Of a DNA stretch of 41,132 nucleotides, positions 18,637 to 29,241 are shown piece after piece. Source of the stretch: Myxococcota bacterium (GTDB lineage: Bacteria; Myxococcota; SpSt-1050); contig JBMFOP010000014.1 in the NCBI GenBank assembly GCA_049969675.1, forward strand, positions 1-41,132, given 5' to 3'. Position 1 is the stretch's first letter, and the number at the start of each line of letters is the position of its first letter. The position numbers were made by a program, and so were the translations under genes. The notes below the pieces were generated by a model. It saw only the letters and a list, made by a program, of their open reading frames with translations, was not told where the DNA came from and did no database searches.

Positions 18637-19656
18637 CCTGTTATACAACTCAAGCGCATAACCATCTGTCATCCCGGATATATAATCTACAATAGAGCGT
18701 TCTATCTCCTCCGAGAGACAGTACTTCATAGCATATCGTTCATAAAACTCTTCTTTATGCAAAATGAAATAATTGTAAAGCTCCTCTATGATTCTCTGTG
18801 CCTTTACCAATTCAGCATTCACCAAAGAATTTTCATATACATTCTCAAAGAGATAGTCCCGCAGTTCTTTGAGCGCAATATACATCCTCTCGGACATCTT
18901 TATATGAGGGTCGCGATCAAATATAGAATTCTCTATTGTATCTGTAACCAGGGTATTAATTCGCTCTGAATGGGTCCTTCCAATGACATTGAGCAGTTCT
19001 GCCAATCTATCATCAACCTTAAGCACACCAGCCCTCATTGCATCATCCATATCATGGTTTACATAGGCTATCAAATCTGAGATTCTTACAATTTCACCTT
19101 CAAGCGTCTCAGGATTTGAATTGTTTTCGCCGGATCCATATATGTCTCCTTTCCCTTTGCTGTGTTTGAGTATCCCATCTCTTACTTCATATGTCAGATT
19201 GAGCCCCTTCCCATCTCTCTCAATGACATCCACCACTCTCAGGGATTGAACTGTGTGATGAAATCCACCCTTATCTCTTAAAATATTGTTGAGTACCTTC
19301 TCCCCGGCATGTCCGAATGGTGTATGCCCGAGGTCATGTCCTAATGCAATAGCCTCGGTGAGGTCTTCATTCAGTCTGAGTGCCCTTGCAATAGTTCGCG
19401 CAATCTGTGATACCTCAAGTGTATGAGTCAGCCTCGTCCTGTAATGGTCTCCCTGCGGTGCCAAAAATACCTGAGTCTTATGCTTGAGTCTCCTGAATGC
19501 CTTGCTGTGAAGAATCTTATCTCTGTCGTGTTGAAATGCTGTCCTTATTGGACAGGGGCTCTCCTCTCTCATCCTCCCCTTGCTCTCATCTGAAAATCTG
19601 GCAAATTTACATAAGATTAGATGTTCATTTTTCTCTGTAATCTCTCTAATATTCAT
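18604..19656 (-). CDS. dgt: Deoxyguanosinetriphosphate triphosphohydrolase-like HD protein
   Basis: [49 protein letters not shown] and DYISGMTD; start set at ATG 19656. Confidence 0.95.
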   Translation of the reverse strand: MNIREITEKNEHLILCKFARFSDESKGRMREESPCPIRTAFQHDRDKILHSKAFRRLKHKTQVFLAPQGDHYRTRLTHTLEVSQIARTIARALRLNEDLTEAIALGHDLGHTPFGHAGEKVLNNILRDKGGFHHTVQSLRVVDVIERDGKGLNLTYEVRDGILKHSKGKGDIYGSGENNSNPETLEGEIVRISDLIAYVNHDMDDAMRAGVLKVDDRLAELLNVIGRTHSERINTLVTDTIENSIFDRDPHIKMSERMYIALKELRDYLFENVYENSLVNAELVKAQRIIEELYNYFILHKEEFYERYAMKYCLSEEIERSIVDYISGMTDGYALELYNRLFIPRGWHIF

Positions 19657-19768
19657 ACAATCACCCTGCTGTAAATCATTAACATTCTCTATCTTTAAAA
19701 TCAATATATTCCTCAAAATCGCCCAAATTTTTCAAAAATTTTAAATAGAATCTATGTCTTATAACAAT

Positions 19769-19792
19769 AAAAAAGCCCGCAATCAGGCGGGC
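19769..19792 (-). terminator. Rho-independent terminator after Cys-rich lipoprotein gene
   Basis: GCCCGC-6 nt loop-GCGGGC hairpin followed by a T6 run on the minus strand, about 30 nt after the stop at 19823. Confidence 0.8.
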
Positions 19793-19822
19793 AAAATAAT
19801 TTTGATTTAAACAATATATCGT

Positions 19823-20380
19823 CTATTTTAATTCTACCCCAAACATATCTGTCATACATTTAATTATGTCATTTTCCATATTTTCACAACTGACTTTCTT
19901 AATACATTCACCAAAATCTGAATAAAACTTATCTGTGAGACAACTCGGTTCTTTCGCCTCCTGCTCTTCAATATTTTTCTTTTGGTCCTCCACGCATTTT
20001 TCCTTTGTAACCTGTGTGCCACAGGATATCTGCTTATCGCAGACGGCATTTATATAGGGCATATAATCTGCTGTTTTACAGGAAGGCTTACTATTATCAA
20101 GACAATTTTGTAATTCAGAACAGTCATCTTTCTTATAACAGGAATTGATTGCATTAACTGCTGGATCCTGTAAATAGCCCTTTTCGTTAATATTATTACA
20201 ACCTGTCTCACATTTTTTAACATCATCTTCTGTCCAGTCTTTTTCACATTCCTTCCCTTTGGCACAGACCTTTGAGCAATCTATCTTTGCCCCCTCACTA
20301 TCACCACAGGATGAGATTGCAAATGTAAATAGAGAGATTGCAAAGACAGTAAAGACAATCAATAATACCTTGAACTTCAT
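19823..20380 (-). CDS. Cys-rich lipoprotein, unknown function
   Basis: MKFK...AISSC lipobox after a GAGG RBS; 16 further Cys in two CxxxC/CxxxxxC-patterned halves. Confidence 0.8.
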   Translation of the reverse strand: MKFKVLLIVFTVFAISLFTFAISSCGDSEGAKIDCSKVCAKGKECEKDWTEDDVKKCETGCNNINEKGYLQDPAVNAINSCYKKDDCSELQNCLDNSKPSCKTADYMPYINAVCDKQISCGTQVTKEKCVEDQKKNIEEQEAKEPSCLTDKFYSDFGECIKKVSCENMENDIIKCMTDMFGVELK

Positions 20381-20412
20381 TTTATACCTCCTTTTTGAAA
20401 GTTCATAAGCAG

Positions 20413-20441
20413 AGTATAATCTACCATTTTTCAAATGTCAA
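20413..20441 (-). promoter_or_regulatory. Putative sigma70 promoter for Cys-rich lipoprotein
   Basis: Minus strand reads TTGACA-17 nt-TATACT, near consensus. Confidence 0.7.
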
Positions 20442-20451
20442 ACAATTATTA

Positions 20452-21387
20452 CTACCTGATAGAGGGAGCAATCTCGTCAACTTTAAGAATCATAACTCCC
20501 ATAGCATCATTGCTTATTATAAGTAAATCATCTTTTATAATCACCTTATTCGCCGAATATCCAGTATTGAAATCTTTTATGTGTTTCAAAAGTCCATCAG
20601 GGGTTATCTTAAAAATCAGAAGTCCGGTATTCCCATCTGCGACAAATAGATAATCCTTATAGACAGCAACTCCCCTCGCCGTATCCGATGTCTTATATCT
20701 ATGCCGGGTAAAACCATTCTTATCACTTCTAAGTGTAATGATTCCATCTGTATCATCTGCAAGAAAAATCATATTGTCCATCTTAATTATATCTCTCACC
20801 CTTCTTGCAAGTGGAATCTTATTTTCCAGTTTCAAATTACTATTATGTAATCTATATACAAAAAGTCCGTCATTCTCGGTGGAGACGAAGAGATTTGAAT
20901 CCAGAACTCTCACAGATGAGCAATAGGAAGCCGTTTCAACATATTTTACGGGTTCAAGTGTATCCTTCTTCAATATGGAAAATCCAGCAGAGCCCAATGA
21001 CACAATAATATTATTTTTATAGATGTCTCCATTAATTGCCGAACCCGGAAGTCTGATATTCTTTAATATGACTGGACTTCTGGGATTCTTTATATCAATC
21101 TTATAGACACCCGAATTCCCTGCAAATAGATATAAATAATTCCCCTCAATTATAGATGATGTTCCGCTATTTTCAATCACAAGGGATGAAATCTGAATGG
21201 CATCTCTCTTATCAACTCTGTAAATCGTCAATCCAGCCGTGCTGGAGGCGAAAAGATAATTATCTTTAATAGAGATGTGATATGTCCGCTGATATAAATC
21301 TGAGAGAGGGTCTATCCCTTCTGCCAATGCAAGATTTAGATAAAAAAAGATAACAATTATGAGAATTTTCTTCAATTCTACTCTCAT
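20452..21387 (-). CDS. Secreted LVIVD-repeat beta-propeller protein
   Basis: Signal peptide, then about 40-aa repeats such as ARGVAVYKDYLFVADGNTGLLIFKI and GNYLYLFAGNSGVYKIDIKNP. Start is uncertain (21387 vs 21411). Confidence 0.8.
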   Translation of the reverse strand: MRVELKKILIIVIFFYLNLALAEGIDPLSDLYQRTYHISIKDNYLFASSTAGLTIYRVDKRDAIQISSLVIENSGTSSIIEGNYLYLFAGNSGVYKIDIKNPRSPVILKNIRLPGSAINGDIYKNNIIVSLGSAGFSILKKDTLEPVKYVETASYCSSVRVLDSNLFVSTENDGLFVYRLHNSNLKLENKIPLARRVRDIIKMDNMIFLADDTDGIITLRSDKNGFTRHRYKTSDTARGVAVYKDYLFVADGNTGLLIFKITPDGLLKHIKDFNTGYSANKVIIKDDLLIISNDAMGVMILKVDEIAPSIR

Positions 21388-21420
21388 CTGCGGGTATTTT
21401 AATAATAACAAATCAAGGTA

Positions 21421-21939
21421 TTAAACCAGATTTTTCTTCTTCTTTAGTTCGTGAATCGCCTTCTTATAGGCAATATCCCACTCGAGCGACCCCTCTTCCA
21501 GATTCTTTAGTTGTTCACGAGCCTCTCTGTCCAGCTCCTCATCCACATCCAGATACTTCTTTATCACCTCATACATCTTCTTTATTAAAACATTGTTATC
21601 CTCATATACCTCTTCAATATTCTCACTCTTTAAGAGGGCATCAACCACATCGGCGAGTAGCATCTCAATGGCATCATCTCCATAATCAAATCCCTTCTCG
21701 CTGGCAAGCCTTGCCTTAACAGCGGCAAAATCCCTTGATGCCAGATTATTGTTCTGGATAAATTGTATTGCCTCCCGGTTTATCTCCTCCTCCTCTTCAA
21801 GATATTCTCTGAAAACTTTTGAGATATCCAGTATCGCCTCGTCCATCCTGTTGTCCTTGATCTCTATATCACCGTCCTTTGAGAGGGCCCTCAAAATATC
21901 CGTAGCTATTGATGGAATCAGTCTCATATAAATCTTCAT
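21421..21939 (-). CDS. DUF507 family protein
   Basis: Duplicated EEEINREA / DEELDREAR units, VEEVY-like IEEVYEDN and a LEEGSLEWDI..K C-terminus. Confidence 0.75.
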   Translation of the reverse strand: MKIYMRLIPSIATDILRALSKDGDIEIKDNRMDEAILDISKVFREYLEEEEEINREAIQFIQNNNLASRDFAAVKARLASEKGFDYGDDAIEMLLADVVDALLKSENIEEVYEDNNVLIKKMYEVIKKYLDVDEELDREAREQLKNLEEGSLEWDIAYKKAIHELKKKKNLV

Positions 21940-22068
21940 ATCCCAATGCTCCTTGGCGCTGGCAAAAACATAACTTTATTAAACCCATTTGAATAAATTA
22001 TCAAGTATTTTATTAATTTTATTTACTTTTATCCCCAACTTATTTAAATATTATTTTGAGGTAACTAT

Positions 22069-23145
22069 ATGACTATTGTAGGTATTTTCCTTACATTAAT
22101 CCTGTTAATAATCATTCATAACTATGTCGTTTTTAGATACTTTGAGATAAAGTGGTCACCTGACGAGATTCACTATATTACTGCTCAGGATGGATTCAGA
22201 CTTGCAGCAGGTAGAAGGATTCCAGATAAGAGGCGATTTAAGGAACCTGTTATACTCTGCCATGGACTTGGTGCAAACAGATACAATCTGGATCTGAATC
22301 AGGAATATTCACTTGCAAGAAGATTCACCAATATGGGGTATGATACATACATTATTGAGATGCGAACAGTCGGGCTCTCATCCAAACCACATCTCTTCTC
22401 AGATACACGCTGGGATATTTACTTTGACGACATTGTCAAATATGATGTCCCGGCATTTATTCACAACGCAAAGATAAAAAGCAATTCAGAAAAGGTATTG
22501 TGGGTCGGACATAGCCTCGGCGGGATGATTATGTATGCGGCCTGTCAAAATAAAGAAATTGAAAGGGATGTAAAAGCACTTGTAACTATTTCCAGTCCCC
22601 CTTCATTTATTTATCAAAAAGAATTGAAAAGATTTATACCTCTCTTAAAAAGTGCCCGCTTATTTTCACATATCAAACAGGAATTCTGGGGCAGGTTATT
22701 TGCCCTCTACATATCCCGTGCAATTCCATATTCTGAGGTCGCGGCAAATCTGGAAAATATTGATACACCTATTTTAAGAAGGATATTTGTTAATCTGGCA
22801 ACGGATATCAGTTCTACCCTCTTAAATCAGATTGCTCAATGGCTTGAGACCGGTTATATCAAAGACCGCAATCTGAATACAAACTTTTCAGAGGGAATTA
22901 AGGATATTGAAATCCCTATCTATGCTATGACCGGTTCTGTAGATATGATGTGTCCGCCTGATGCCGTACTCTCACTGAAAGAGAAGTTAAAAGATAAAGA
23001 ATTAAAAATTACAATTGCTGGGATACAGACCGGTTTCTCCACCGATTATGGACACGGAGATATAATATTTGGCAGAAAGGCGCCGGAGGAGATATTCCCC
23101 CTGATAACATCTTATATTGAAGCCCATTCAACAAAAATAATATGA
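22069..23145 (+). CDS. Membrane-anchored alpha/beta hydrolase (lipase/PhaC-like)
   Basis: PVILCHGLGANR, YDVPA, WVGHSLGG, D in GSVDMMCP and DYGHGD. Confidence 0.88.
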   Translation: MTIVGIFLTLILLIIIHNYVVFRYFEIKWSPDEIHYITAQDGFRLAAGRRIPDKRRFKEPVILCHGLGANRYNLDLNQEYSLARRFTNMGYDTYIIEMRTVGLSSKPHLFSDTRWDIYFDDIVKYDVPAFIHNAKIKSNSEKVLWVGHSLGGMIMYAACQNKEIERDVKALVTISSPPSFIYQKELKRFIPLLKSARLFSHIKQEFWGRLFALYISRAIPYSEVAANLENIDTPILRRIFVNLATDISSTLLNQIAQWLETGYIKDRNLNTNFSEGIKDIEIPIYAMTGSVDMMCPPDAVLSLKEKLKDKELKITIAGIQTGFSTDYGHGDIIFGRKAPEEIFPLITSYIEAHSTKII

Positions 23146-24662
23146 AGGGATTTCTAACTCTACTTTTGATATCTCTTTTGGCTCTAAATGGATGTACCTC
23201 CCATACTCTTAACTCCTTTACCATACTGATTGAATTTCCCATAGATACCCTTGATCCGAGATTTGCTGTATCTGCATACTCCATAAAAGCCTGCAGATTG
23301 ATATACAATTCACTGGTAAAGATAGATAGAGACCTCAATATCAAGAATGACCTTGCAGAGGAGATATACTTTATTAATCCCACAGAATTGTATGTGAAGA
23401 TTAAAAGGGGGATAAATTTTCACAACGGGAAAGAACTTACATCCAGAGATGTGAAATATACCTATGATTCAATCAGGGACCAGAACAGACACTCTCCATA
23501 TTTTGGGATGTATAATCGTATAATGGATATAGAGATTGTTGATAGATATACACTCATCTTCAGGCTCAGCAAACCTCATTCACCATTTATATCAGATTTA
23601 ATAATGGGGATTATTCCAGAAGAACTGGACAGAGAGAATTTTCTCTCAAAAAACCCGGTAGGCACAAACTTTTTTAAGATTTATAAATATTTAAGCGATG
23701 AACAGATAATTCTTGAAAAGGCAGATTCATCTATAAGTTTCCCAAAGAGATTTCTGGTCTTCAAAACAATCAGAGATGACAATACCAGACTCTTATCTAT
23801 CTTAAATGGCGGTGGAGACCTGATTCAAAATGCCGCTGCCCCAATCATTGCGGCAGAACTTAAAGACCCATCAGTTATCGTATTATCCGCACCTTCGGTG
23901 CTTTATACTTATATGGGAGTTAATCTCACAGATCCTATCTTGAAGAATAAGAGTGTGAGAAAAGCCATTGCATATGCAATAGATAGAGAATCTATAATCA
24001 AGAACAAATTTATGGGGATGGCAAGACCCTCATTCTCGCTACTCGTCCCTGAACACTGGGCGTATGAAGATAATATTATCAAATATCCATATAATCCCGA
24101 AGAGGCAAAGAGGCTGCTTGATGAGGCTGGATTCATTGACCCTGATGGAGATGGTCCTCAGAAGAGATTTACAATAACCTATAAGACCAGCACCAACAAA
24201 TTCCGCATCCAGATTGCAAAGATGATATGTAATATGCTGGAGGATGTAGGTATTGGAGTAAATCTGAGGGCTTATGAGTTTGGAACCTTCTTTTCAGACA
24301 TAAAGTCTGGAAACTTTCAGATATATACAATGCAATGGACAGAACCACTGGAGCCAGATTTCTATTACTGGTTATTTCACTCAAACAGTATTCCAGACGA
24401 GATGGGAAATACAAATGGGGCAAATAGAGGTAGATATAAAAATGAGGAGATAGACAGATTGCTTGATGAAGGACGGAGAGAACTCAACAAGGAGAAGAGA
24501 AGGGAGATTTATAGCAAAGTTCAGAAGATTATCTCTGATGAACTCCCATATATCAGCCTCTGGCATGAAGATAATATTGCGATAATTAACTCACAATATA
24601 CAAATTACAATATTTTCCCGAATGCATCATTTGAGCCAGTTGCATTTATAACCCTGAGATAA
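23142..24662 (+). CDS. ABC transporter solute-binding lipoprotein, family 5 (Opp/Dpp)
   Basis: Lipobox LNGC; TLDP, FHNGKELTSRDV, PVGT, VRKAIAYAIDR and YNPEEAKRLLDEAG. Confidence 0.93.
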   Translation: MKGFLTLLLISLLALNGCTSHTLNSFTILIEFPIDTLDPRFAVSAYSIKACRLIYNSLVKIDRDLNIKNDLAEEIYFINPTELYVKIKRGINFHNGKELTSRDVKYTYDSIRDQNRHSPYFGMYNRIMDIEIVDRYTLIFRLSKPHSPFISDLIMGIIPEELDRENFLSKNPVGTNFFKIYKYLSDEQIILEKADSSISFPKRFLVFKTIRDDNTRLLSILNGGGDLIQNAAAPIIAAELKDPSVIVLSAPSVLYTYMGVNLTDPILKNKSVRKAIAYAIDRESIIKNKFMGMARPSFSLLVPEHWAYEDNIIKYPYNPEEAKRLLDEAGFIDPDGDGPQKRFTITYKTSTNKFRIQIAKMICNMLEDVGIGVNLRAYEFGTFFSDIKSGNFQIYTMQWTEPLEPDFYYWLFHSNSIPDEMGNTNGANRGRYKNEEIDRLLDEGRRELNKEKRREIYSKVQKIISDELPYISLWHEDNIAIINSQYTNYNIFPNASFEPVAFITLR

Positions 24663-24711
24663 TTTTTTTCTTGCATAATATTTTTTATGGTGTTAATAGA
24701 GACGCCTCTGT

Positions 24712-24785
<74 letters not shown>

Positions 24786-24788
24786 CTC

Positions 24789-25319
24789 TCAATAAATAAG
24801 CAACATCTTAATAGCTGAATCGGGCTTTGAGAGGATAAATTCATAGACTATTATATTTGCCATCCTCCCTCTAATATCAATCCCTTTGATTATATTTGGA
24901 CTGAAAATATGTCTTACTACTCTGGGAGGCGAATATAGGACTCTCTTATTTAATCTTCTTGCATATCTATCCGCGACTGATGCGGTCATAAGATTGACGA
25001 GTTCCACAATGAATGAGAGGGCATTTTCATCATATCTGACCTTCTCAAAATCCTTGTCTATCCCCGGATTCATCCCTTCAGATATCTCATATACTGCGTC
25101 TTTTGATATGAGAGTTAAAATATAGACCGGTTCATCCAGATACAGGGAGCATCTGACTGCTATCCCATCCTTAAAGGCGGCACCAAATAGTACTGTGATA
25201 GAATCAATATATAATCTCTTCTCTTCTGAGATATCAAATCCCTTTACATCCAGTTGCACAAAATTGTTCAGAAGATTTAGAACTTTATTTAATATCTCCT
25301 GACTATCTGAACCTCTCAT
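24789..25319 (-). CDS. CheC/CheX-like phosphatase (DifG-like position)
   Basis: ELVNLM (E-x2-N) motif and YSPP; last gene of the che cluster. Confidence 0.6.
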   Translation of the reverse strand: MRGSDSQEILNKVLNLLNNFVQLDVKGFDISEEKRLYIDSITVLFGAAFKDGIAVRCSLYLDEPVYILTLISKDAVYEISEGMNPGIDKDFEKVRYDENALSFIVELVNLMTASVADRYARRLNKRVLYSPPRVVRHIFSPNIIKGIDIRGRMANIIVYEFILSKPDSAIKMLLIY

Positions 25320-25321
25320 AA

Positions 25322-27151
25322 CTACCTTTCATTAATTAGATACTCTACCGAGAGAACAGGCACCGGGCAGATACCTTTGATTACTACCATACCATTTATA
25401 AATTTGCTACCCTTTAATATATAGGGTACTTTATATAACCTTGTCTCACCCACAAAGATGATATCATCAATACCAATGGCAATCTCTTCCTTTCCATCTG
25501 TACATACAATAAATAAATCTGGATTTTTGTATTGAAAGTTTAATAGATGGAATCTCTCAGCCCCTCTAATAATACATTTTTCATCTTCAGAATATTTAAC
25601 ATCTTCTCTATTCAGGAGATAGCGAACCGCGGAGATTGGGAATGCATACCTATATCCATTAATCTCACCAATCACCACCTTCTTTGTTGCAAACTGATAT
25701 GGAATCTTTAGAATAATCTCTGTGCCAATATCCTTCTCTGTTGAGATATAGACATCCCCACCCATCTGCCATATAACATTTCTAACTATATCCATTCCAA
25801 AACCCCTGCCCGAGGTCATATCTGCAGTCTTGAGAGTACTAAAACCGGGGATAAAGACCAGTTCAAGCAGATCTTCATCACCAATACCCTTATCAATTTC
25901 TTTAATCAACCCTCTTTCAAGGGCTGTCTTCAGAATCTGCTCTCTATCCATACCCCTTCCATCATCACGAATTCTAATACAGATATATTCCTCTTCTTCT
26001 TCAAATGATATAACAATAGTGCCGATATCCGACTTCCCGAGCTCTCTCCTTCTCTCTACAGGTTCTATACCATGAGATATACCATTCCTGATTATATGCA
26101 TAAGCGGCTCTTCAATTCTGTCAATAATGCTCTTATCAATCTCAATCTTTTCATTGGTAACAACAAGTCTGACACTCTTATTTACTGCCTTCGCAGTGGT
26201 ATCTACTAACGCATACAGTTTAGGAACAATAGTCACAACAGGTACAGTCCTTAAATGTTCGGCATAATTTGTTACCTTCTTAAATCCATACTCCAATCTT
26301 GTAATAAATGGGCCAATCTCCTCATCCTTAAGTGAGTATCGATATTTATTCCACAGAAGCAGCAGTTCATCCAGTGAAGATGTAAGCTCCTCTATCCTTT
26401 TGAAAGGAACTTTAATATATTTTACTACCTCTCTGTTCTTTTCACCATCACCCTCATCTCTGTATATCTTACTACCTATAAATCTGATTTCACCTACCCT
26501 GTAAATAATCGCCTTTATGGTGTCTTCATCTATCTTTTCTTTAGTATATATTTTAATAAATTCCGGTCTGATACCCTGACGAAGCTGTTCTATAGACGGT
26601 TCATTGAAGCAAATCTCCACTCTTGCCATTAACTCTTTAAATAGCATAAATGCCCTGACAGACGGAGTCTTACTCTTTTTATCTACCTCAAAAATGGTTT
26701 CATATAGACCATTTAAATTGATGCTTTGAAGAGCCTTCTCTTCAGCCCTCTTCGTCTGAACCTGAATCTTCTGCCTTATCTCCTTTGAGACATAATCAAG
26801 TTCCGATATCACACTCTGTGATTCAAACGGAATTCCCTTTTCATAATTATCTATCTCAAGAGAGATAGAATTTACTCCTTTGAAGATAAACTCCTTGAGA
26901 CTGAATATCATATCTGGATTCTTTCTTATATACTCCAGAAGTTCCTCTAAATGATGTGCCAGTTTCCCCATCTCCACAAGTCCCATAGTATTTGCCATAC
27001 CCTTTAATGTATGAAATCTCCTGAAGAGTTCAAATAGGGCTTCATCATCTACCTTCCCTGTTTTATCTATATTGTTCAGCCTTGTAAAAATCTCTAATAA
27101 ATGGTCCCTTGTCTCGGAGAGGAAGATGGCTCTATAATCATTTTCGGACAT
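25322..27151 (-). CDS. cheA: CheA histidine kinase (DifE-like, no REC domain)
   Basis: P1 FHTLKGMA, a P2-like region, HIIRNGISHGIE, DDGRG, GFST and GRGFGMD, with a C-terminal CheW-like domain. Confidence 0.95.
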   Translation of the reverse strand: MSENDYRAIFLSETRDHLLEIFTRLNNIDKTGKVDDEALFELFRRFHTLKGMANTMGLVEMGKLAHHLEELLEYIRKNPDMIFSLKEFIFKGVNSISLEIDNYEKGIPFESQSVISELDYVSKEIRQKIQVQTKRAEEKALQSINLNGLYETIFEVDKKSKTPSVRAFMLFKELMARVEICFNEPSIEQLRQGIRPEFIKIYTKEKIDEDTIKAIIYRVGEIRFIGSKIYRDEGDGEKNREVVKYIKVPFKRIEELTSSLDELLLLWNKYRYSLKDEEIGPFITRLEYGFKKVTNYAEHLRTVPVVTIVPKLYALVDTTAKAVNKSVRLVVTNEKIEIDKSIIDRIEEPLMHIIRNGISHGIEPVERRRELGKSDIGTIVISFEEEEEYICIRIRDDGRGMDREQILKTALERGLIKEIDKGIGDEDLLELVFIPGFSTLKTADMTSGRGFGMDIVRNVIWQMGGDVYISTEKDIGTEIILKIPYQFATKKVVIGEINGYRYAFPISAVRYLLNREDVKYSEDEKCIIRGAERFHLLNFQYKNPDLFIVCTDGKEEIAIGIDDIIFVGETRLYKVPYILKGSKFINGMVVIKGICPVPVLSVEYLINER

Positions 27152-27155
27152 TACT

Positions 27156-27518
27156 TTATTTTATAAACTTTGAGACAATTGATATGACCTCTTCCTTCTT
27201 AAATGGCTTAACAATAAAATCATTTGCCCCAGCCTCAATTGCCTCCATTACCAATGTCTCCTGTCCGAGGGCACTGCACATAATAATAACTACACTACCT
27301 GATAGTTGTCTTATCTCTCTCGTAGCCTCTATACCGCTCTTAAATGGCATCACTATATCCATAATTATAATATCGGGATTTAATTCTTTGAATTTTTCAA
27401 CACCTTCTATACCATTTGTCGCCTCTCCAACCACCTCAAATTCGGGTGAGGAGAATACATCTCTTATCAATCCTCTCATAAAGACCGCATCATCAACTAT
27501 CAAGACTTTTTTGGGCAT
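27156..27518 (-). CDS. cheY: CheY single-domain response regulator (DifD-like)
   Basis: LIVDDAVFMR, MDIVMP, SALGQE and FIVKPF. Confidence 0.92.
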   Translation of the reverse strand: MPKKVLIVDDAVFMRGLIRDVFSSPEFEVVGEATNGIEGVEKFKELNPDIIIMDIVMPFKSGIEATREIRQLSGSVVIIMCSALGQETLVMEAIEAGANDFIVKPFKKEEVISIVSKFIK

Positions 27519-27967
27519 AAGAATATCTCCTTAAAATTATTTCTTTCCGGCTTAAACCTCAATATAATATCCTCTAATACTTCAGTATTTTCAACAAAAA
27601 AAGCACTATTTTTAATATCTGATACTCTGTCAATTGAATCTATCTTAACGACTCCAGCCAATTCATCTAATTCATAGATATCCTTCAATTCATCGTAAAT
27701 AAAAGCCAGAAGACCATTTGTAGAGTCGGCTATAAGAAGAGATAACCTGTTGTTATATTCTTTTATCTCTTCAAATCTATTATCCATACTCAAGAGTTTG
27801 AATATATCAACAACCGGAATGACCTCGCCGCTTAAAAATATCAGACCAAAGAGTCTATTGCTTATCTCCTTGTATCTAAATACAATCTCATCCTGATATA
27901 CCCCCCTTACTCTATTCAATGGGAGGTAGAGTGTAACTCCATTTCTTAAAAAGCCAATAACTCTCAT
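27500..27967 (-). CDS. cheW: CheW-like coupling protein (DifC-like)
   Basis: GLIFLSGEVIPVVD CheW motif; located between the MCP and CheY genes. Confidence 0.75.
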   Translation of the reverse strand: MRVIGFLRNGVTLYLPLNRVRGVYQDEIVFRYKEISNRLFGLIFLSGEVIPVVDIFKLLSMDNRFEEIKEYNNRLSLLIADSTNGLLAFIYDELKDIYELDELAGVVKIDSIDRVSDIKNSAFFVENTEVLEDIILRFKPERNNFKEIFLCPKKS

Positions 27968-29241
27968 CAGATTCTATAATTTTTAATCTTGTCTGCGAGC
28001 TCCTCACTAATCTCCTTGAGCCCTGCTGATAGATTGGTGATCTCTTCTATGTTGTCTGACTGGGACTGCACATTAGACTTGAGCACCTCCGATGTCTCAT
28101 AATTATTATGCGAGACCACGCTTATCTCTTCAACCGAATGAACAATCTCTATTGAGTTCTGATTCTGATGTGATGTCTGTTCTCTGATAGAACTAATTGC
28201 AGAATTTATCTTGTTGAGATAACTGTTTATCTCACCGGTGATATTCAGGAGGTCCTTGAGATTTCTGGAGAGGTCTTCTATCTTCTCCGTATCTCCCTTT
28301 ATCTCAGTGACAAGAGTATTTGATTCATTGATAATACTCTCTGCAATAAGTCCCACCTTTTTTGCCGAGACATTTGCCTTTTCTGAAAGATTCTTTATCT
28401 CTTCAGCAACTACTGCAAACCCCTTCCCATGTTCGCCCGCACGCACCGCCTCAATCGTGGCGTTAAGCGCCAGCATCCTGGTCTGATTTGCGATCTCTGT
28501 TATAAGTTCTATTGCCTCTGATATAGAATGAGCACTGGTAGAGAAATCAATCACCTTCCTGTCCATCATCTCAATCCTGCCTAAAAAATCTACCAGATTG
28601 TTTAGAATACTCTCGAGATTTGATATGGAATTATTTATAGAAGAGGATATGCTCTTTGTAACCGCCTCAGTCTCCCTGGTCTCCCTCTCTATCTCAGCAA
28701 TACCCTTTGCAAGCCCCTCAATGGACTTAACAGTCTTCTCAACCATATTGTTCTGTTTCTCTGTCCCTTTACTTATCTGATTGATAAAATGAAGTATATC
28801 TTTGATCCCTATTGAGAGCTGTGTAATTGACGAATCTAATCTTTCAGACTCAATATATAGCCTTCCAGATACATCATGAAATCCCATAACCAGTTGCTTA
28901 ATATTCTTCTGGAGCTCAATAATACTTTTTTGAAGGAGGTCAAGTTCACTTCTCACCTCTGTCACCTCATCTTCCTGTGGGATCTTATATGTCAGGTCAC
29001 CCTGAATTATCCTCTCTGTTGCCCTGTTGACCTCCAGAATCTGACGCGTGGTCCTGATTGAGTAGAAAATTGCAAATAATAGACTCGTAAGAACTATCAA
29101 AATAGCCTCAATAATAATTACTAAAGTGGTGGAGAAATCAGAGAGAATCTTTGGAGTAAAAATAATTATAAAAGTACAGATTAGCGCAGAATATATATAC
29201 CCCAATATCGCCTTAATGAACAATTTATATTGCATCCCCAT
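27967..29241 (-). CDS. Methyl-accepting chemotaxis protein with no periplasmic sensor domain (DifA-like)
   Basis: Two adjacent TM helices with a very short loop, HAMP (GDLT), and signalling hairpin IANQTRMLALNATIEAVRAGEHGKGFAVVAEEI. Confidence 0.93.
   Translation of the reverse strand: MGMQYKLFIKAILGYIYSALICTFIIIFTPKILSDFSTTLVIIIEAILIVLTSLLFAIFYSIRTTRQILEVNRATERIIQGDLTYKIPQEDEVTEVRSELDLLQKSIIELQKNIKQLVMGFHDVSGRLYIESERLDSSITQLSIGIKDILHFINQISKGTEKQNNMVEKTVKSIEGLAKGIAEIERETRETEAVTKSISSSINNSISNLESILNNLVDFLGRIEMMDRKVIDFSTSAHSISEAIELITEIANQTRMLALNATIEAVRAGEHGKGFAVVAEEIKNLSEKANVSAKKVGLIAESIINESNTLVTEIKGDTEKIEDLSRNLKDLLNITGEINSYLNKINSAISSIREQTSHQNQNSIEIVHSVEEISVVSHNNYETSEVLKSNVQSQSDNIEEITNLSAGLKEISEELADKIKNYRI

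Noticed and set aside
18604..19656. dGTPase as an anti-phage defence gene
   Set aside because: It is the short housekeeping-type Dgt in a non-defence context; its 33-nt convergent overlap with the hydrolase is unremarkable.
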